The notes below the pieces were generated by a model that did no database searches, was not told the DNA's origin, and was given only the letters and a program-made list of their open reading frames with translations. From Macrostomum hystrix (lineage: Eukaryota > Animalia > Platyhelminthes): a DNA stretch of 64,000 nt. This document shows positions 11,262-23,866 of the stretch, piece after piece (the stretch's first letter is position 1; every line of letters begins with the position of its first letter). Both the position numbers and the translations under genes were made by a program. Where the stretch lies: NCBI GenBank assembly GCA_950097015.1, contig CATNEN010000025.1:5952001-6016000 (forward strand), given 5' to 3'.

Positions 11262-12439
11262 TTGTACGCAGCTGATTGGTCAGTTATCGATGCACGCGGG
11301 CCATCACTGCCGCTTCGGCTGACAAGTCAACGCTGAGACAGACTGAGACAGTGGGTGGAGATAGACTCGAACGAAATAGATTGGGGAAATATTTTTCCCC
11401 TAAAAAATATTCCCGCTAGATATAATCCAACAGTGAAGTGGATTTTTTAGCGAGCTAAAACAGCTGTTTGTTTTCTTATTTTCCGTTTCTACTGAGCACA
11501 CGCAATGTCAAGTATAGACTCACCTAATGTCTAACAGTGCCTATAGAATATTCGAATTCACCAAGAAATTATTCCTTTTAGGGCAGGAAAAAGCAGATCG
11601 CCTATCGTGTCTATTTGTCCCCGCTGCCTGCATTTGACTCAACGCAGGCTTTGGCTTTCCTTGCCCCGAGCCAAAATAAAAATCGATCGATAAGGATTGA
11701 TTTTTCACAAACTTCCCAACCCCCAATTTAGAGCGATCCCCTTTTAGTCGCTCTGCTTCCGTACTCCCGTACACTGACTGTTCCCAAAATCCAGTGTTTA
11801 TTTGCTAGCGCAAAAATTCTATTGCCGAATCTCACCACAATCCATTATATGCTATTGTAATGGATTGCCTTTATTATTGTCAAGGGAGTGTAGCGACTGC
11901 GCAACCCTGGCCCGTAAACTATAGGATAAGCTCAATTATAAATCTTGAGCGAAATTGCTAGGGGCAAACAATTTGATAAGTAAAACAGTTGCCATTATTC
12001 TAATGAAGTGACATTTAACATCTTACTATAGAAGTCGAAAGAATTTTTTGCAACGCTTTTATTAGTTTTTTTCGGCCATAAAAGCCCTGCTGCAGATGAA
12101 AAGGCCAACAATTTGTGTGAAGCAAAAACTCGCACAAAATTGAGCCTTTCAGAAAAATTTATGGGTAGTAAATTTATTTGCCACAAAAGCAGCTTGTTCA
12201 AAATGACATTATTAAACTAACAATTTGCAGCAAAAGGCAATACAAAAATGTTGAGACACAGCTGTCAATAAACTGTTTGGTAGGGCGCAGCAAAATGAGC
12301 TCAGAACAAAAACAAAAACGCCTCACCCAATTGTTTTAAAACCCCACTGTCCGATCTTTTCGTAGTTATATATATATTTGTACTTTTGGGCAAAATCTGT
12401 GTTAGAAGCCTTAATACACTTGTGGGGCACAGGAGAGAG

Positions 12440-13755
12440 ATGAGAGAAGGGGGAGATAAGAAAGGAAAGAGATGAGACGGGAGAGATGAGACAGGAGAGA
12501 GTTAAGACAGGAGAGAGATGAGATAGGAGAGAGATGAGATAGGAGAGAGATGAGACAGGCAGTGATGGGACAGGGGACAGATGAGACAGGCAGTGATGGG
12601 ACAGGGGACAGATGAGACAGGCAGTGTTGGGACAGGGGACAGATGAGACAGGCAGTGATGGGACAGGGGACAGATGAGACAGGCAGTGATGGGACAGGGG
12701 ACAGATGAGACAGGCAGTGATGGGACAGGGGACAGATGAGACAGGCAGTGATGGGACAGGAGACAGATGAGACAGGCAGTGATGGGACAGGGGACAGATG
12801 AGACAGGCAGTGTTGGGACAGGGGACAGATGAGACAGGCAGTGATGGGACAGGGGACAGATGAGACAGGCAGTGATGGGACAGGGGACAGATGAGACAGG
12901 CAGTGATGGGACAGGGGACAGATGAGACAGGCAGTGATGGGACAGGGGACAGATGAGACAGGCAGTGATGGGACAGGGGACAGATGAGACAGGCAGTGAT
13001 GGGACAGGGGACAGATGAGACAGGCAGTGATGGGACAGGGGACAGATGAGACAGGCAGTGATGGGACAGGAGACAGATGAGACAGGCAGTGATGGGACAG
13101 GGGACAGATGAGACAGGCAGTGTTGGGACAGGGGACAGATGAGACAGGCAGTGATGGGACAGGGGACAGATGAGACAGGCAGTGATGGGACAGGGGACAG
13201 ATGAGACAGGCAGTGATGGGACAGGGGACAGATGAGACAGGCAGTGATGGGACAGGGGACAGATGAGACAGGCAGTGATGGGACAGGGGACAGATGAGAC
13301 AGGCAGTGATGGGACAGGGGACAGATGAGACAGGCAGTGATGGGACAGGGGACAGATGAGACAGGCAGTGATGGGACAGGGGACAGATGAGACAGGCAGT
13401 GATGGGACAGGGGACAGATGAGACAGGCAGTGATGGGACAGGGGACAGATGAGACAGGCAGTGATGGGACAGGGGACAGATGAGACAGGCAGTGATGGGA
13501 CAGGGGACAGATGAGACAGGCAGTGATGGGACAGGGGACAGATGAGACAGGCAGTGATGGGACAGGGGACAGATGAGACAGGCAGTGATGGGACAGGGGA
13601 CAGATGAGACAGGCAGTGATGGGACAGGGGACAGATGAGACAGGCAGTGATGGGACAGGGGACAGATGAGACAGGCAGTGATGGGACAGGGGACAGATGA
13701 GACAGGCAGTGATGGGACAGGGGACAGATGAGACAGGCAGTGTTGGGACAGGGGA
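12440..13755. repeat. 31-bp G-rich minisatellite (GGGACAGGGGACAGATGAGACAGGCAGTGAT)
   Basis: Very homogeneous array. It explains the ORFs at 12411-13805. Confidence 0.97.
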
Positions 13756-13801
13756 CTGAGGCTGCAAACCCAAAGAATGAACGAATGTATTCCCAAAGGA
13801 C

Positions 13802-14797
13802 TCATTGAGGCTGAGAGCCGGACTCAGCCCATCGGGTCGCCGCAGTGGGCATGCGGGATCTCAGCTCGGCTGGCATCTTGACGTAGAGTCCGCTAGCAGC
13901 ATCGTACATGGCATCACGGCCAATGTAGCCATATTCCACAGTCAGGTAGGCCAGCAGATCCCTAGGCGCGTAGGTTGGCAAGCCTTCAAAAGTGCAAGGC
14001 GTAGGCGGGAACAGACAATGGGCAGGGAAGCGTTTGTCCAGACAGTCGTATAGGCCAGGCACGGACCAGTTGACCCGCAGTGAGCCAGTGGGATCCAGCG
14101 GATGCGGCGACACGGTGAAGACATCCAGGTGGACCAGTCCGGAGTCGAATGGAAACCGCCTACCGGAGGCGGAATCGCCGAGGCCGACGGCGGCCCAGCC
14201 GGTTTCTGTCAGGGCGAACTTCAAACGCTTGCCGCCGCGACCGTTGAATGGCAGCTCGTTGGATTCGGCATCGAACCAGGACCGGCCGCTCAGGCTGCAG
14301 CTGGAGTCGCAGCTGATGCCGCAGTCGGGCTCGGCCACTAGCCGGTTGGCAATGTCAACAACGCGCGAGAAATTAGCCTCGCTAATGACCAGATCGATGT
14401 CTGAATCGTGAGGAATCATTCGGCCGGACTCGCGATAGACAGCCAGGGCGCTGCCGCCGTAAAGGGCGTATTCAACGCCGGCAGATTCTAGAGCGGCTTT
14501 GACGCGGGAGAACAGAGCCAGACGGGCCGGTCGGAACAGGCGAGCCCGGCGCACAGACTTGGCATAGTTGGACGGCCTACAGTCGCCCCACATGTTCAGG
14601 CTGACCGAGTTCGCGCTGTTGACGTCGCGTCGTTTTCCAGCGTCGGCCTTCTCGTCCCACCACTGGGGCAGCAGGCTGGACAGCTGGTTAGTTGGAGAAT
14701 CGTCTGCGCCTGTTCGATCTACGCCCGCTGTGTCATCTGTGTCCGTCATGCTACTGACGATACTACTGCTAGTAATATAGCTCACCCGAATGGGCAA
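13802..14797 (-). CDS. LicD/fukutin-family nucleotidyltransferase-fold protein, intronless (start could be ATG 14749)
   Basis: YALYGGSALAVYRESGRMIPHDSDIDLVI matches the LicD pattern Y-x-L-x-G-G-[ST]-x-L-x-x-x-R...I-P-x-D-x-D-x-D. HLDVF and LFPPTPCTFEGLPTYAPRDLLAYLTVEYG match the LicD C-terminal pattern. No TM or signal segment is visible. Confidence 0.85.
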   Translation of the reverse strand: MPIRVSYITSSSIVSSMTDTDDTAGVDRTGADDSPTNQLSSLLPQWWDEKADAGKRRDVNSANSVSLNMWGDCRPSNYAKSVRRARLFRPARLALFSRVKAALESAGVEYALYGGSALAVYRESGRMIPHDSDIDLVISEANFSRVVDIANRLVAEPDCGISCDSSCSLSGRSWFDAESNELPFNGRGGKRLKFALTETGWAAVGLGDSASGRRFPFDSGLVHLDVFTVSPHPLDPTGSLRVNWSVPGLYDCLDKRFPAHCLFPPTPCTFEGLPTYAPRDLLAYLTVEYGYIGRDAMYDAASGLYVKMPAELRSRMPTAATRWAESGSQPQ

Positions 14798-14994
14798 GGC
14801 TGGAATGCCATTTTTATTTATTCAGTTAGTTATTCTTTGTTGAAAAATGGAAAATATTAACAATATAATCAACAATAACAGTCGTCATGATTACATGGTG
14901 AAATTTTGTGAGCAGAAAATGTATGCCTATATTGGCGGTTTTTGCCACCTGACACCCGACGAGAATTGTTGATAATCTCGATGATGTCGATGTT

Positions 14995-16240
14995 CCCATT
15001 CACAGAGAATACGGTTCCCGAATAAAAATATCCCATTCACAGAGAATACGGCTCCCGAATAAAAATATCCCATTCACAGAGAATACGGTTCCCGAATAAA
15101 AATATCCCATTCACGGAGAATACGGTTCCCGAATAAAAATATCCCATTCACGGAGAATACGGTTCCCGAATAAAAATACCCCATTCACAGAGAATCCGGT
15201 TCCCGAATAAAAATATCCTATTCACAAAGAATATGTTCCCGAATAAAAATATCCCATTCACAGAGAATCCGGTTCCCGAATAAAAATATCCTATTCACAA
15301 AGAATATGTTCCCGAATAAAAATATCCCATTCACAGAGTATACGGTTCCCGAATAAAAATATCCCATTCACAGAGAATACGGTTCTCGAATAAAAATATC
15401 CCATTCACAGAGAATACGGTTCCCGAATAAAAATATCCCATTCACAGAGAATACGGTTCCCGAATAAAAATATCCCATTCACAGAGAATACGGTTTCCGA
15501 ATAAAAATATCCCATTCACAGAGAATACGGTTCCCGAATAAAAATATCCCATTCACAAAGAATACGGTTCCCGAATAAAAATATCCCATTCACAGAGAAT
15601 ACGGTTCTCGAATAAAAATATCCCATTCACAGAGAATACGGTTCCCGAATAAAAATTATCCCATTCACAGAGAATACGGTTCCCGAATAAAAATATCCCA
15701 TTCACAAAGAATATGTTCCCGAATAAAAATATCCCATTCACAGAGAATACGGTTCCCGAATAAAAATATCCCATTCACGGAGAATACGGTTCCCGAATAA
15801 AAATATCCCATTCACAGAGAATACGGTTCTCGAAAAAAATATCCCATTCACAGAGAATACGGTTCCCGAATAAAAATATCCCATTCACAGAGAATACGGT
15901 TCCCGAATAAAAATATCCCATTCACAGAGAATACGGTTCCCGAATAAAAATATCCCATTCCCATTGAATGTGTTTCCTGAATAAAAATATCCCATTCACA
16001 GAGAATACGGTTCCCGAATAAAAATATCCCATTCACAGTGAATGGAATCTCCGAATAAAAAATTCCCAATCACAGAAACTATTGTATCCGAAAAAATATC
16101 CTATTCACATTGAATGTGTTTCCCGAATAAAAATATCCCATTCACATTAAATGTGTTTCCCGAATAAAAATATCCCATTCACATTGAATGTGTTTCCCGA
16201 ATAAAAATATCCCATTCACATTGAATGTGTTTCCCGAATA
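14995..16240. repeat. 37-bp minisatellite (CCCATTCACAGAGAATACGGTTCCCGAATAAAAATAT)
   Basis: Visible tandem array that diverges at its right end. Confidence 0.95.
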
Positions 16241-17022
16241 ATAATTTTCAAATGGGGTTCCCGAATATAAATATCTTACTCTCACTATTTCACTGCGATT
16301 GAGATAATTAAAAAGAAATATAATTTCTATTTTAATCATTATCCTTTCTACTGAACCAATGATCCTGATAAAAGTTCATTTCTACTTGCACTAACAGAAA
16401 AAAATAACAGAAAAAACAAGAAGTAAGTCTGGGACACTTAGGCTTGCAAATTAATGCAGACAAAATTGAAACACGGACTAATTTTTTTATTGATACTTTT
16501 TACAGTCAATGCCTTCAATGGTTGACAGTGTATTAAGTTGGATATCGTTTAATTTATATTTATTAGTTCAAGCACATATACTAACACACACTTAAACGCA
16601 TGCATTTGCCAGAAACCCGGACAAACTATAATGCGCATATTATTTCTTGATACTACTCATGTCAGGCAGTAGTGCATGGTGACAGTAGGTCACCATAATA
16701 TGTTTTTATATTGGCCTGGACACAACTAATGCTGGAATTATTGCTTACAGAAAACAATATTAATGGGTCAGAAAATGGAGACAACTGGTAATTTGACATG
16801 AATTATGACGACCAACTTTAGAAATTAATAAGCAAACAAGCAGACAGAGTTTTTATTCATCATTTTTTATTTCTTACTTTTTCAAATATTTTTTGTGCGT
16901 TATAATCGTCTGGCAGTTGTTGTTTTGCTTTTTCCAAATCACGCACTTCAGTTTATATTTTTTATTATTTTTTTCTTCTTTTTTTTTATTTTTTTCCTCT
17001 GTGTCCGCTTTGAAATTGCGCG

Positions 17023-20000
17023 TCAGTAGGGCGCGTACCAGTAAGGAGGTGGTCGACGTCTGCAACAATCGATTAGCAATTCAATTATAATAATCATTAC
17101 TCATGCGCATGTTACAGAAAATACTAATTAAATGCCAATTTACCGCAAATACTCGAATAAGTAAGCACATACTATATGTCCAGTAAATATATATTAAATA
17201 ATAATGCAATAATGCTGATGCACTAGACAAGCACAGGTTTTGCATTTGCATGATTGATAGAATCTAGATCTTGATTGATAGACTATATCTTGATTGATAG
17301 AATCTGGATCTTGATTGATAGACTCTATATCTTGATTGATAGAATCTATATATTGATTGATAGAATCTAGATCTTGATTGATAGACTCTATATCTTGATT
17401 GATAGACTCTATATCTTGATTGATAGAATCTATATCTTGATTGATAGAATCTGAATCTTGATTGATAGAATCTGGATCTTGATTAATAGAATCTGGATCT
17501 TGATTGATAGACTCTATATATTGATTGATAGAATCTAGATCTTGATTGATAGACTCTATATCTTGATTGATAGACTCTATATCTTGATTGATAGAATCTA
17601 TATCTTGATTGATAGAATCAGAATCTTGATTGATAGAATCTGGATCTTGATTGATAGAATCTGGATCTTGATTAATAGAATCTGGATCTTGATTGATAGA
17701 CTCTAGATCTTGATTGATAGAATCTAAATCGTGATTGATAGACAATTAGATAGATGAAATCTACGCTCGTAGACCGTGGAATATAGAATATAGATTTCAA
17801 GTACTAAAACTAGATAATGTTATCAATAAAGATCTAGATTCTGAAAGTGTTCTCCCAATACTGAAAGCCATCAATCTAGCCAAGCGGCTGTACCTGAATC
17901 CGCGCACACCCCTTGGAGCCATCGCTGCGCCGTACATTCTGGCCATGCGGCCGCGGAAGCGACCCCTCGGCGGCCTATTAGTGATGGACATGCCTGGCGT
18001 GTTGGTCCTCTTTGGCATCACCTTCAGTGACCGACTGCGGAATTGACTCTCGTCTAGGGCCAAGGCCGCCTCAACAGAGTCCTTCTCGGCGAATTCAACG
18101 TAGGCAAAGCCTTTGGGCTGGCCTGAGAGCGAATGGGAAATAAAAAAATACGCGTCAATTGTAGCGACGATATCGACGTGTCGTACACTTTGCGCCCTTG
18201 AGGGCCAAGCATCAATGCACAGTGAAAGTGTACACCGCCTGACAATGAGAAAGTCAGGGCAGATGTACACGGAATGGGCAGAATTGCCTCCTCGATGGCT
18301 GCGGGTCAAGTGTCACCAAGTGATGTGCCATTGCCCGCAGCTCTCTTGCAATTATAATTACTATTATTAGGACAGAGACTGCGGAAAAATCGGCAATATA
18401 CAGAGACTGTGGCGAAATCGGCGATCCACAAAGACAGAGACTGACAAATCAGTGATCCACAAAGACAGAGACTGTGGCAAATCAGTGTTCCACAAAGACA
18501 GAGACTGTGGCAAATCAGTGATCCACAAAGACAGAGACTGTGGCAAATCAGTGATCCACAAAGACAGAGACAGTGACGAAATCGGCGATCCACAAAGACA
18601 GAGACTGTGACGAAATCGGCGATCCACAAAGACAGAGACAGTGACGAAATCGGCGATCCACAAAGACAGAGACTGTGACAAATCAGTGATCCACAAAGAC
18701 AGAGACTGTGGCGAAATCGGCGATCCACAAAGACAGAGACTGTGACAAATCAGTGATCCACAAAGACAGAGACTGTGGCAAATCAGTGATCCACAAAGAC
18801 AGAGACAGTGACGAAATCGGCGATCCACAAAGACAGAGACTGTGGCAAATCAGTGATCCACAAAGACAGAGACTGTGGCAAATCAGTGATCCACAAAGAC
18901 AGAGACAGTGACGAAATCGGCGATCCACAAAGACAGAGACTGTGACAAATCAGTGATCCACAAAGACAGAGACAGTGACGAAATCGGCGATCCACAAAGA
19001 CAGAGACTGTGACGAAATCGGCGATCCACAAAGACAGAGACTGTGGCGAAATCGGGGATCCACAAAGACAGAGACTGTGGCGAAATCGGCGATCCACAAA
19101 GACAGAGACTGTGGCGAAATCGGGGATCCACAAAGACAGAGACTGTGACGAAATCGGCGATCCACAAAGACAGAGACTGTGACGAAATCGGCGATCCACA
19201 AAGACAGAGACTGTGGCGAAATCGAGGATCCACAAAGACAGAGACTGAGTGGCGAAATCGGTGATCCACAAAGACAGAGACTGAGTGGCGAAATCGGGGA
19301 TCCACAAAGACAGAGACTGTGGCGAAATCGGGGATACACAAAGACAGAGACAGTGACGAAATCGGCGATCCACAAAGACAGAGACTGTGGCAAATCAGTG
19401 ATCCACAAAGACAGAGACTGTGGCAAATCAGTGATCCACAAAGACAGAGACAGTGACGAAATCGGCGATCCACAAAGACAGAGACTGTGACAAATCAGTG
19501 ATCCACAAAGACAGAGACAGTGACGAAATCGGCGATCCACAAAGACAGAGACTGTGACGAAATCGGCGATCCACAAAGACAGAGACTGTGGCGAAATCGG
19601 GGATCCACAAAGACAGAGACTGTGGCGAAATCGGCGATCCACAAAGACAGAGACTGTGGCGAAATCGGGGATCCACAAAGACAGAGACTGTGACGAAATC
19701 GGCGATCCACAAAGACAGAGACTGTGACGAAATCGGCGATCCACAAAGACAGAGACTGTGGCGAAATCGAGGATCCACAAAGACAGAGACTGAGTGGCGA
19801 AATCGGTGATCCACAAAGACAGAGACTGAGTGGCGAAATCGGGGATCCACAAAGACAGAGACTGTGGCGAAATCGGGGATACACAAAGACAGAGACTGTG
19901 ACGAAATCGGGGATCCACAAAGACAGAGACTGTGGCGAAATCGGCGATCCACAAAGAGAGAGACTGTGACGAAATCGGCGATCCACAAAGACAGAGACTG

Positions 20001-20662
20001 TGGCAAATCAGTGATCCACAAAGACAGAGACAGTGACGAAATCGGCGATCCACAAAGAGAGAGACTGAGTGACGAAATCGGCGATCCACAAAGACAGAGA
20101 CTGTGACAAATCAGTGACTGTGACGAAATCGGTGACGAACCGATGACGAACACAAAGACAGACAGTGACGAAATCGGTGACGAACCGATGACGAACACAA
20201 AGACAGACTGTGGCGAAATCGGCGATCCACCAGCCCCTCGACTGTACCTGTGTATTTGTTGCACAGAATCGTGATCCTATTAATAGCGCCACAGGAATGG
20301 AAATGAGTCTCCAACTCTTCGGCCGTAGCACCGTAATCCACGTTGCCAACGTAAACAGATCGCGAGTCTGTGTCCAGGCGCTCTTCGTCTGTTAGGACAG
20401 CGGTTGGCATGGCAACAGAAGAGCCGGCCATCGGCTTCTCCATATCGGATTGCATCATGCGGAGTCTCTCAGCTTCGGCTTCCATTTCGCGCACCTTTTG
20501 CCGGATGCTCTCCAGCTCCGGATCGTCCTGAATGTCGGCGTCTTCCTCGGACTGTCCGCCGGCGGCGGCCGAGGAGGCGGCGGCGCCGCTAGAGTTCTGA
20601 TGCCGCTGCTGATGTTCATCATCAAATTCGCTGGAGTTCTCGTCAAATAGCAAATCGGCCAT
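17023..20662 (-). CDS. PABPN1: Nuclear poly(A)-binding protein PABPN1/PABP2; exons 20662-20248, 18122-17894, 17059-17023
   Basis: Contains [22 protein letters not shown] (coiled coil), [27 protein letters not shown] (RNP2), [10 protein letters not shown] (RNP1), KRTNTPG, an Arg-rich tail and the C-terminus YWYAPY*. Junction phases (1, 2) match. Confidence 0.97.
17250..17740. repeat. 21-bp minisatellite (TCTTGATTGATAGAATCTGGA), PABPN1 last intron
   Basis: Visible tandem array. Confidence 0.93.
18180..18271 (+). mobile_element. Truncated copy of the SINE-like element at 24715-24921
   Basis: About 90 bp closely match the reverse complement of 24716-24805 (gcccttgagggccaa...gtgtacac.gcctgac.atgagaaagtcagggcagatgtacacg). 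Confidence 0.75.
18372..20228. repeat. 33/34-bp minisatellite (GATCCACAAAGACAGAGACTGTGGCGAAATCGGC), PABPN1 intron 1
   Basis: Visible array with a 545-bp higher-order duplication (ORF pairs 19043/19588 and 19179/19724). Confidence 0.97.
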
Positions 20663-20829
20663 GGCTGAGACAAATTTAAGAAGGCTTTATTCAGTTTGGG
20701 CAACTTTTTCAGAAAGGGATTTTAGATGTTAAATTTTACAAAATCCCTATTTAGGGATCAAATGACAGCAGAAACTTCTAAACACCAAGGATTTAAAGCA
20801 ATCCCATTTCCCAGATTTATTATGCTAAA

Positions 20830-23150
20830 TCTACCAGATAGGATTCTATTTCTACGAGATGGGATTCTTAATTTAGCAAATGGGATTCTAATCCCACCAG
20901 ATGGGATTCTAAATCTACCAGATGGGATTCTAATCCTACCATATGGGATTCTGATTCTACCAGATGGGATTCTAAATCTACCAGATGGGATTCTTAATCT
21001 AGCAAATGGGATTCTAATCCCACCAGATGGGATTCTAAATCTACCAGATGGGATTCTAATCCTACCAGATGGGATGCTGAATCTACTAGATGGGATTCTA
21101 ATTCTACCAGATGGGATTATAATTCTACCATATGGGATTCTGTATCTACCAGATAAGATTCTAAATCTACCAGATGGGATTCTAAATCAACCAGAAGGGA
21201 TGCTAAATCTACCAGATGGGATTCTAAATCTACCAGATGGGATGCTGAATCTACTAGATGGGATTCTAAATCTACCAGATGGGATTCTAAATCTACCAGA
21301 TGGGATTCTAAATCTACCAGAGGGGATTCGGAAGCTACCAGAAGGGATTCGGAGGCTACCAGAGGGGATTCGAAAGCTACCAGAGGGGATTCGGAAGCTA
21401 CCAGAGGGGATTCGGAAGCTACCAGAGGGGATTCGGAAGCTACCAGAGGGGATTCGAAAGCTACAAGAGGGGATTCGAAAGCTACCAGAGGGGATTCGGA
21501 AGCTACCAGAGGGGATTCGAAAGCTACAAGAGGGGATTCGGAAGCTACCAGAGGGGATTCGGAAGCTACCAGAGGGGATTCGGAAGCTACTAGAGGGGAT
21601 TCGAAAGCTACCAGAGGGGATTCGGAAGCTACCAGAGGGGATTCGGAAGCTACCAGAGGGGATTCGAAAGCTACAAGAGGGGATTCGAAAGCTACCAGAG
21701 GGGATTCGGAAGCTACTAGAGGGGATTCGGAAGCTACCAGAGGGGATTCGGAAGCTACCAGAGGGGATTCGGAAGCTACCAGAGGGGATTCGGAAGCTAC
21801 CAGAGGGGATTCGGAAGCTACCAGAGGGGATTCTGAAGCTACCAGAGGGGATTCGGAAGCTACCAGAGGGGATTCGGAAGCTACTAGAGGGGATTCGAAA
21901 GCTACAAGAGGGGATTCGAAAGCTACCAGAGGGGATTCGGAAGCTACTAGAGGGGATTCGGAAGCTACCAGAGGGGATTCTGAAGCTACCAGAGGGGATT
22001 CGGAAGCTACCAGAGGGGATTCGAAAGCTACAAGAGGGGATTCGAAAGCTACCAGAGGGGATTCGGAAGCTACCAGAGGGGATTCGGAAGCTACCAGAGG
22101 GGATTCGGAAGCTACCAGAGGGGATTCGGAAGCTACTAGAGGGGATTCAGAAGCTACAAGAGGGGATTCGAAAGCTACCAGAGGGGATTCGAAAGCTACA
22201 AGAGGGGATTCGGAAGCTACTAGAGGGGATTCGGAAGCTACCAGAGGGGATTCGGAAGCTACCAGAGGGGATTCGGAAGCTACTAGAGGGGATTCGAAAG
22301 CTACCAGAGGGGATTCGGAAGCTACTAGAGGGGATTCGGAAGCTACCAGAGGGGATTCTGAAGCTACCAGAGGGGATTCGGAAGCTACCAGAGGGGATTC
22401 GAAAGCTACAAGAGGGGATTCGAAAGCTACCAGAGGGGATTCGGAAGCTACCAGAGGGGATTCGGAAGCTACCAGAGGGGATTCGGAAGCTACCAGAGGG
22501 GATTCGGAAGCTACTAGAGGGGATTCAGAAGCTACAAGAGGGGATTCGAAAGCTACCAGAGGGGATTCGAAAGCTACAAGAGGGGATTCGGAAGCTACTA
22601 GAGGGGATTCGGAAGCTACCAGAGGGGATTCGGAAGCTACCAGAGGGGATTCGGAAGCTACTAGAGGGGATTCGAAAGCTACAAGAGGGGATTCGAAAGC
22701 TACCAGAGGGGATTCAGAAGCTACCAGAGGGGATTCGGAAGCTACCAGAGGGGATTCAGAAGCTACCAGAGGGGATTCGGAAGCTACCAGAGGGGATTCG
22801 GAAGCTACTAGAGGGGATTCGGAAGCTACTAGAGGGGATTCGGAAACTACTAGAGGGGATTCTAATCCTACCAGATGGGATTCTGATTCTACCAGATGGG
22901 ATGCTGAATCTACCAGAGGGGATTCGGAAGCTACCAGAGGGGATTCGGAAGCTACCAGAGGGGATTCGGAAGCTACCAGAGGGGATTCAGAAGCTACCAG
23001 AGGGGATTCGGATGCTACTAGAGGGGATTCGGAAGCTACCAGAGGGGATTCGGATGCTACTAGAGGGGATTCGGAAGCTACCAGAGGGGATTCGGAAGCT
23101 ACTAGAGGGGATTCGAAAGCTACAAGAGGGGATTCGAAAGCTACAAGATG
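20830..23150. repeat. 21-bp minisatellite (CTACCAGAGGGGATTCGGAAG; 5' subtype CTACCAGATGGGATTCTAAAT)
   Basis: Visible array. It keeps an 819-aa (+) frame and a 699-aa (-) frame open. Confidence 0.97.
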
Positions 23151-23866
23151 GCATAAAGAATATACCAAGTGGAAAAAGACAGTAGCTTTGAGAATACTCC
23201 AAATGGACTCAAGCAAATCCTTTCTCAGGATGTTGTATCTGAGGGTTAGACAAACTTTCTAAACTAATTAAATTACCAAAAAAGAGAAGTCAATCAAGTC
23301 AAACAAAACTCTTTAGAGAGCATTTGAATAACGAGAGCCAAATTGCACAAAGTCTTAGAGGCTGGAAGTGTGGGTCGAAGCTGTATTTAATGCAAAAAAT
23401 TAGTAAATAGCGAGTGGACTCATTTTTCGACAATTTTTTTAACTGATAAAAAAGCAACACTTGTTTAAGAAATCATTGGTCTAGCACAAGCAGGGTAATT
23501 ATAATAAATAAGCTTAAAGAAGGAAAAGAATTGAACAAGTTCATAAAATGCATTGCAGAGCTTATATCAGAGAAAAATATTTACCAGGATTCTCGCTTAT
23601 TAATCTGTACAATTGCAGACTGGATTACCAATAAAAATTTGGCATTTGGAAAAACTTACCTGCTATTAATAAATAAATATGTAAATCGATTTTTATTTGA
23701 GAAGGAAAAACTGAAAATGCCTTTTTTATTATTATTATTACTATATTTTTATTATTACAAACGCACATAGATAAGGTACATTATAAACGACGCATTGCAT
23801 TGCCTAGTCGGGAAAGTACACAAACAAAAGTACACAGCGAGTCGCCGCTAGTCGATGCCGATTCGC

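Noticed and set aside
11920-11970. Hairpin GCTCAA...TTGAGC followed by GAAA (hammerhead-like)
   Set aside because: The CUGANGA core is missing upstream (the sequence reads AGGATAA), and no stem I or III forms.
12411-13805. 464-aa and 423-aa Cys/His/Pro-rich ORFs
   Set aside because: They are translations of a 31-bp satellite that cycles through all frames, with no unique coding sequence.
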